Virus record (IMG/VR): IMGVR_UViG_3300020385_000009
DNA: 20,000 nt
Direction: 5' to 3' (one strand)
Origin: an uncultured virus (IMG/VR IMGVR_UViG_3300020385_000009)
Lineage: Duplodnaviria; Heunggongvirae; Uroviricota; Caudoviricetes
Both the position numbers and the translations under genes were made by a program. A model generated the notes under the pieces. It had not been told where the DNA came from. It saw nothing but the letters and a program-made list of their open reading frames with translations, and did no database searches. Of the stretch, positions 18,201 through 20,000 are shown piece after piece (positions within the stretch are counted from its first letter, which is position 1; every line of letters begins with the position of its first letter).

Positions 18201-18569
18201 TTCAGTTTTAAATGTAATTCCTCTTGGTTCAGCAAATTTAGGTATATTAGCAAAACGTTTGTCACTAATGTCTTTTTCACCCATTCCTAAAAATACCGTA
18301 GACCCTATAGGCGCTTCTTGTTCTATAAAATCATAAACATCTCTTACAGGAGAAACACCTGCCTTTCTAATTTCTAATTTAGGATCATTTTGAATGTAAA
18401 GTTTCCATAATTCAAGAGACATTTCTTGTGTTATACCATCTCTTTCTTTAGGACCTATAAAGATTATAGTTTTGTCAGCACCCGTGTTTATAGATAACCA
18501 TTTGGCCATGTTATAATGACCTGCATGGGGTGGTTTAAACCCACCTGGTAAAAGGGCAATTTTTTTCAT
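15282..18569 (-). CDS. Multidomain protein: HxGH (cytidylyltransferase-like) nucleotidyltransferase, variable modules, Zn ribbon, ParB/Srx-like domain, C-terminal ligase-like (KxDG) domain
   Basis: PGGFKPPHAGH and VSGTEMR; CDNC...CHTC; PPITID...VMDGNHR; EGGAAGHMAHPFD...VKIDG...FNMEYV...EGVVVR...FKITG. Confidence 0.85.
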   Translation of the reverse strand: MKKIALLPGGFKPPHAGHYNMAKWLSINTGADKTIIFIGPKERDGITQEMSLELWKLYIQNDPKLEIRKAGVSPVRDVYDFIEQEAPIGSTVFLGMGEKDISDKRFANIPKFAEPRGITFKTELVPPQAGGVSGTEMRGFIRNDQETLFYNSLPDHVSEKDKQDAWSIVTKSQENPLNENLNEGIRDFIKTNKDKLQNLLKNFKEAWNDQKGSFKGYKGLVQKFLNDRSSLDIEEKAKLKQNTKDLFKTAGIIITFPVLGVTGNVLLAFLVDKISKGQFSNLPSQMANIVGEDLYDPNDHVSDYMKSSEWKAGMPDGPKKDITPSYKYKRGGLYGKMYNETVTDTDINLYPFKITDKTYDEEDNSLIATEYKFITPNNTYKVVFYSGEYNPEVKTFDLSFGVDKGELNKIDTFQMTGEGNARKIFKTILNITKDFINKEDVNKIVVDGTDEKRKRIYKTIFSSTPPEISDKIELKEAILNETVTDTDIICDNCGWTWGIVDGGDDLYICHTCGHDNTPNKMYESGANTSWEDEEGKKIFSLDEDLIYEHQMTSDDWNKIGDVLRDSNKAKQIHTLLLQMFPQQKDLLNYNYENDSYAEFKRVIFHIDKFKIEGPISINYTDLKLNPQIRKEREIKYQEYINGKIDRYFRDTDSDPRKVDLSKTPPITIDNTGEVMDGNHRAFLAIKQEKPLKGYKIVDTNNTHPNVEKILNIINPVDESMNEQKLLSKAFFTKLIKEVLLSEGGAAGHMAHPFDLPNVTSGRDLVNVFNQAANSLQTNPGAVKIDGVNSSIRLIDVGGTKQFAMDRGSKKDLDIKGITKADLEDRFSPGHGMIKVGGEVLDMFNEALPSIQGDLKKLGALDDPSILFNMEYVSGKTNVQDYGSNFIAIHGLNKVKMEEVPGRMYRGKPLVKRYSQEFNYDKGALQSLLNNLAPIAKKRGFEVYGSVPTEMTTKPNFRAALSKRYTVETNEGAQVKPLGQWLEGMDNIPVSDFIFMNVGSGKKKVGAVSKQVYLAILKGGNVDELFEDQDDKQKAINGFATYLGTEKLGDEVLKVLNSPMGSVENHEGVVVRDEKIANIPFKITGKFILGGMVSDF
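17105..17552. repeat. Perfect 25-bp direct repeat (17105-17129 and 17528-17552) bracketing a 141-codon module
   Basis: TAATGTCAGTGTCTGTTACTGTTTC occurs twice, 423 bp apart, encoding ETVTDTDI in both places. Confidence 0.9.
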
Positions 18570-18587
18570 TAACTATACAGTTTTGTA

Positions 18588-18595
18588 ATAAATAT
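18588..18595 (-). promoter_or_regulatory. Putative late promoter motif ATATTTAT
   Basis: Recurrent motif, 18 nt upstream of the ATG of the 1095-aa gene. Confidence 0.55.
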
Positions 18596-18601
18596 AACCT
18601 T

Positions 18602-19534
18602 TTACGACAAGGCTAATTTTTTTCTTACTAATGAAGACATTGTAAGTTCTTCTGCAGAGTATAATAGTTGAGTAAATTTTTCAAAACCTAATTCACTTGG
18701 GTCTTTACCTTCCATTTCAATAAAATAAACTCTTTTCCCATAACCCATTAATTTTTTAGCATGATCAAGAGCATCCTTAAAAGCATCATCATCTAAAGCA
18801 AGATATACTTTACTACAATTAGATGTAAGGATTTTTTTCATTAAAGTTGATGAGATTTTTTTACCAAACAATGGAATTGCATTTCGTTTAATTGCCATTG
18901 CATCAAACGCACCTTCACATAAAATAATGGGCAAATCCCAGTTTATATATAGGTCAAATCCAATTATGTCCTTTGTAGCAGGAGCTAATTTATGTTTAAT
19001 ATATGCGTTTTTATCAAATGATCTACCAACATAATAATTAATATTACCATTTTCATCATATGATGGAATTACAACCATATTTTTTAAATCTCCTGTTTCA
19101 GAATAATGTATATTATATTTAACAATATCTTGTTCTGTAACGCCTCTACCTTTAAGATAATGGAGGGCATGTCTTGATAAAACTGCAGATGAAGAAATAA
19201 TAGGTTCTATTTCTTTTGGTAATTGTAAAGTAGAAGCGTCTGGTTTAGGTTGTTTTGACTTTTTAAACTTATACTCTGAATCAATTGATTTTAAAGTGTC
19301 GTATGCTTTAGGATTAGCTTTAGCTTCTTTAAGAAGTTTAAATGATCTGTGACCTTTAAAATTACAAACCCAACATTGAAATTGTTGTGTAACAAGATTA
19401 ACTGTAAGTTTTTTCTTTCTGTGATTACAACTTGGGCAATTAAAGACAGCAGATTCTTCTCCTCTAGCTCCTCTAGATGATTTGCTAGGTCCTAAAACTG
19501 ATTCTAATAAATGTTTAAGTAGATCTTCCTTCAT
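18602..19534 (-). CDS. dnaG: DNA primase (DnaG-type, Zn finger + TOPRIM)
   Basis: CPSC...CWVC zinc-binding domain, YLKGRG, VVIPSYD...YYVGR, TOPRIM motifs ILCEGAFD and LALDDD, and KDPSE. Confidence 0.9.
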   Translation of the reverse strand: MKEDLLKHLLESVLGPSKSSRGARGEESAVFNCPSCNHRKKKLTVNLVTQQFQCWVCNFKGHRSFKLLKEAKANPKAYDTLKSIDSEYKFKKSKQPKPDASTLQLPKEIEPIISSSAVLSRHALHYLKGRGVTEQDIVKYNIHYSETGDLKNMVVIPSYDENGNINYYVGRSFDKNAYIKHKLAPATKDIIGFDLYINWDLPIILCEGAFDAMAIKRNAIPLFGKKISSTLMKKILTSNCSKVYLALDDDAFKDALDHAKKLMGYGKRVYFIEMEGKDPSELGFEKFTQLLYSAEELTMSSLVRKKLALS

Positions 19535-19538
19535 ATAA

Positions 19539-19569
19539 GGAATATACGAAAAATAAGTTGCTATGCAAA
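19539..19569 (-). promoter_or_regulatory. Bacteroidota-like promoter upstream of primase
   Basis: TTTG (19569-19566), N19, TATATTCC; shares TTTTTCGTATATT with the 8473-8504 site. Confidence 0.5.
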
Positions 19570-20000
19570 ATCTTTATCGAAAAATTTACCAAGAATATTG
19601 TCATTTAAATATTCACTTGATTCAAGCACACCAAGCGCAAACTGATGTTTACATTCTAAGTAAGTCAAATTTTTTTTATCTGTTGCAATTGCTATGATTT
19701 CGCGTTTTAATTCGTGCTCAAAACCACCTTTTAGATATTCTTTAATTAAATGATGTGAACCATAGTATGTTTTCCAATCGCTTTCTTTTAATACGCGTTT
19801 GTACATTGGTGGGCGGCCTTTACCTTCCCAAAGGGCTTTTTCTTTTTTACCTAACTTTTTCTTTAAATTATACATTAGTGATTTTTTACCAATGTATTTT
19901 TTACCTGTAGGTGTGTGGGTTGTTTGATAAATAAAGCCGAACGCTTCTTGTGGAAGGTCGGCTATATCATTAATTTCTTTTTTATTATATATCCATTTCA
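19561..20000 (-). CDS. GIY-YIG family nuclease-like protein; start codon cut by the window edge
   Basis: The frame stays open upstream of the called 19875 start: (M)KWIYNKKEINDIADLPQEAFGFIYQTTHTPTGKKYIGKKSLMYN...ESDWKTYYGS...YLE...YLNDNI. GFIY/KYIG is the GIY-YIG signature; the ATG is probably at 20001-19999. Confidence 0.8.
   Translation of the reverse strand, partial: KWIYNKKEINDIADLPQEAFGFIYQTTHTPTGKKYIGKKSLMYNLKKKLGKKEKALWEGKGRPPMYKRVLKESDWKTYYGSHHLIKEYLKGGFEHELKREIIAIATDKKNLTYLECKHQFALGVLESSEYLNDNILGKFFDKDFA

Noticed and set aside
1..20000. Stop-codon reassignment as seen in some Bacteroidota phages
   Set aside because: Genes are long and tightly packed in code 11; TAG (1971, 19561) and TGA (1688) act as plausible stops.
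1..20000. CRISPR array, tRNA genes, introns/inteins, DGR
   Set aside because: No regularly spaced repeats or cloverleafs were seen; terminase, portal and primase are uninterrupted; the 25-bp repeat is identical with no adenine-specific variation, and no reverse transcriptase is present.
19561..20000. GIY-YIG ORF as a mobile homing endonuclease
   Set aside because: It is short, has no evident C-terminal DNA-binding repeats and interrupts no gene, so mobility cannot be supported from this window.

Overview
AT-rich fragment of a large tailed dsDNA phage with a T4-like head/packaging module. All credible genes are on the minus strand. In transcription order: GIY-YIG-type nuclease (cut by the window edge), DnaG-type primase, a 1095-aa mosaic protein (HxGH nucleotidyltransferase, variable cassettes, ParB-like domain, KxDG ligase-like domain), a 747-aa mosaic protein, about 10 small acidic proteins with shared N-terminal leaders, an HExxH peptidase, a 3-TM holin, an FAD oxidoreductase, a NadR-like P-loop kinase, large terminase, portal, three conserved hypotheticals, prohead protease, and a signal-peptide-bearing outer-membrane beta-barrel gene missed by the ORF track. 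TTTG-N19/20-TAnnT promoters, A-rich starts without Shine-Dalgarno sites and the beta-barrel suggest a Bacteroidota host. The most notable inference is a head-packaged cargo system: proteins with capsid-targeting-like leaders and polyproteins whose modules are separated by [LIV]-x-E prohead-protease sites, one module flanked by a perfect 25-bp direct repeat. Family assignments come from motif recognition only; no searches were run.
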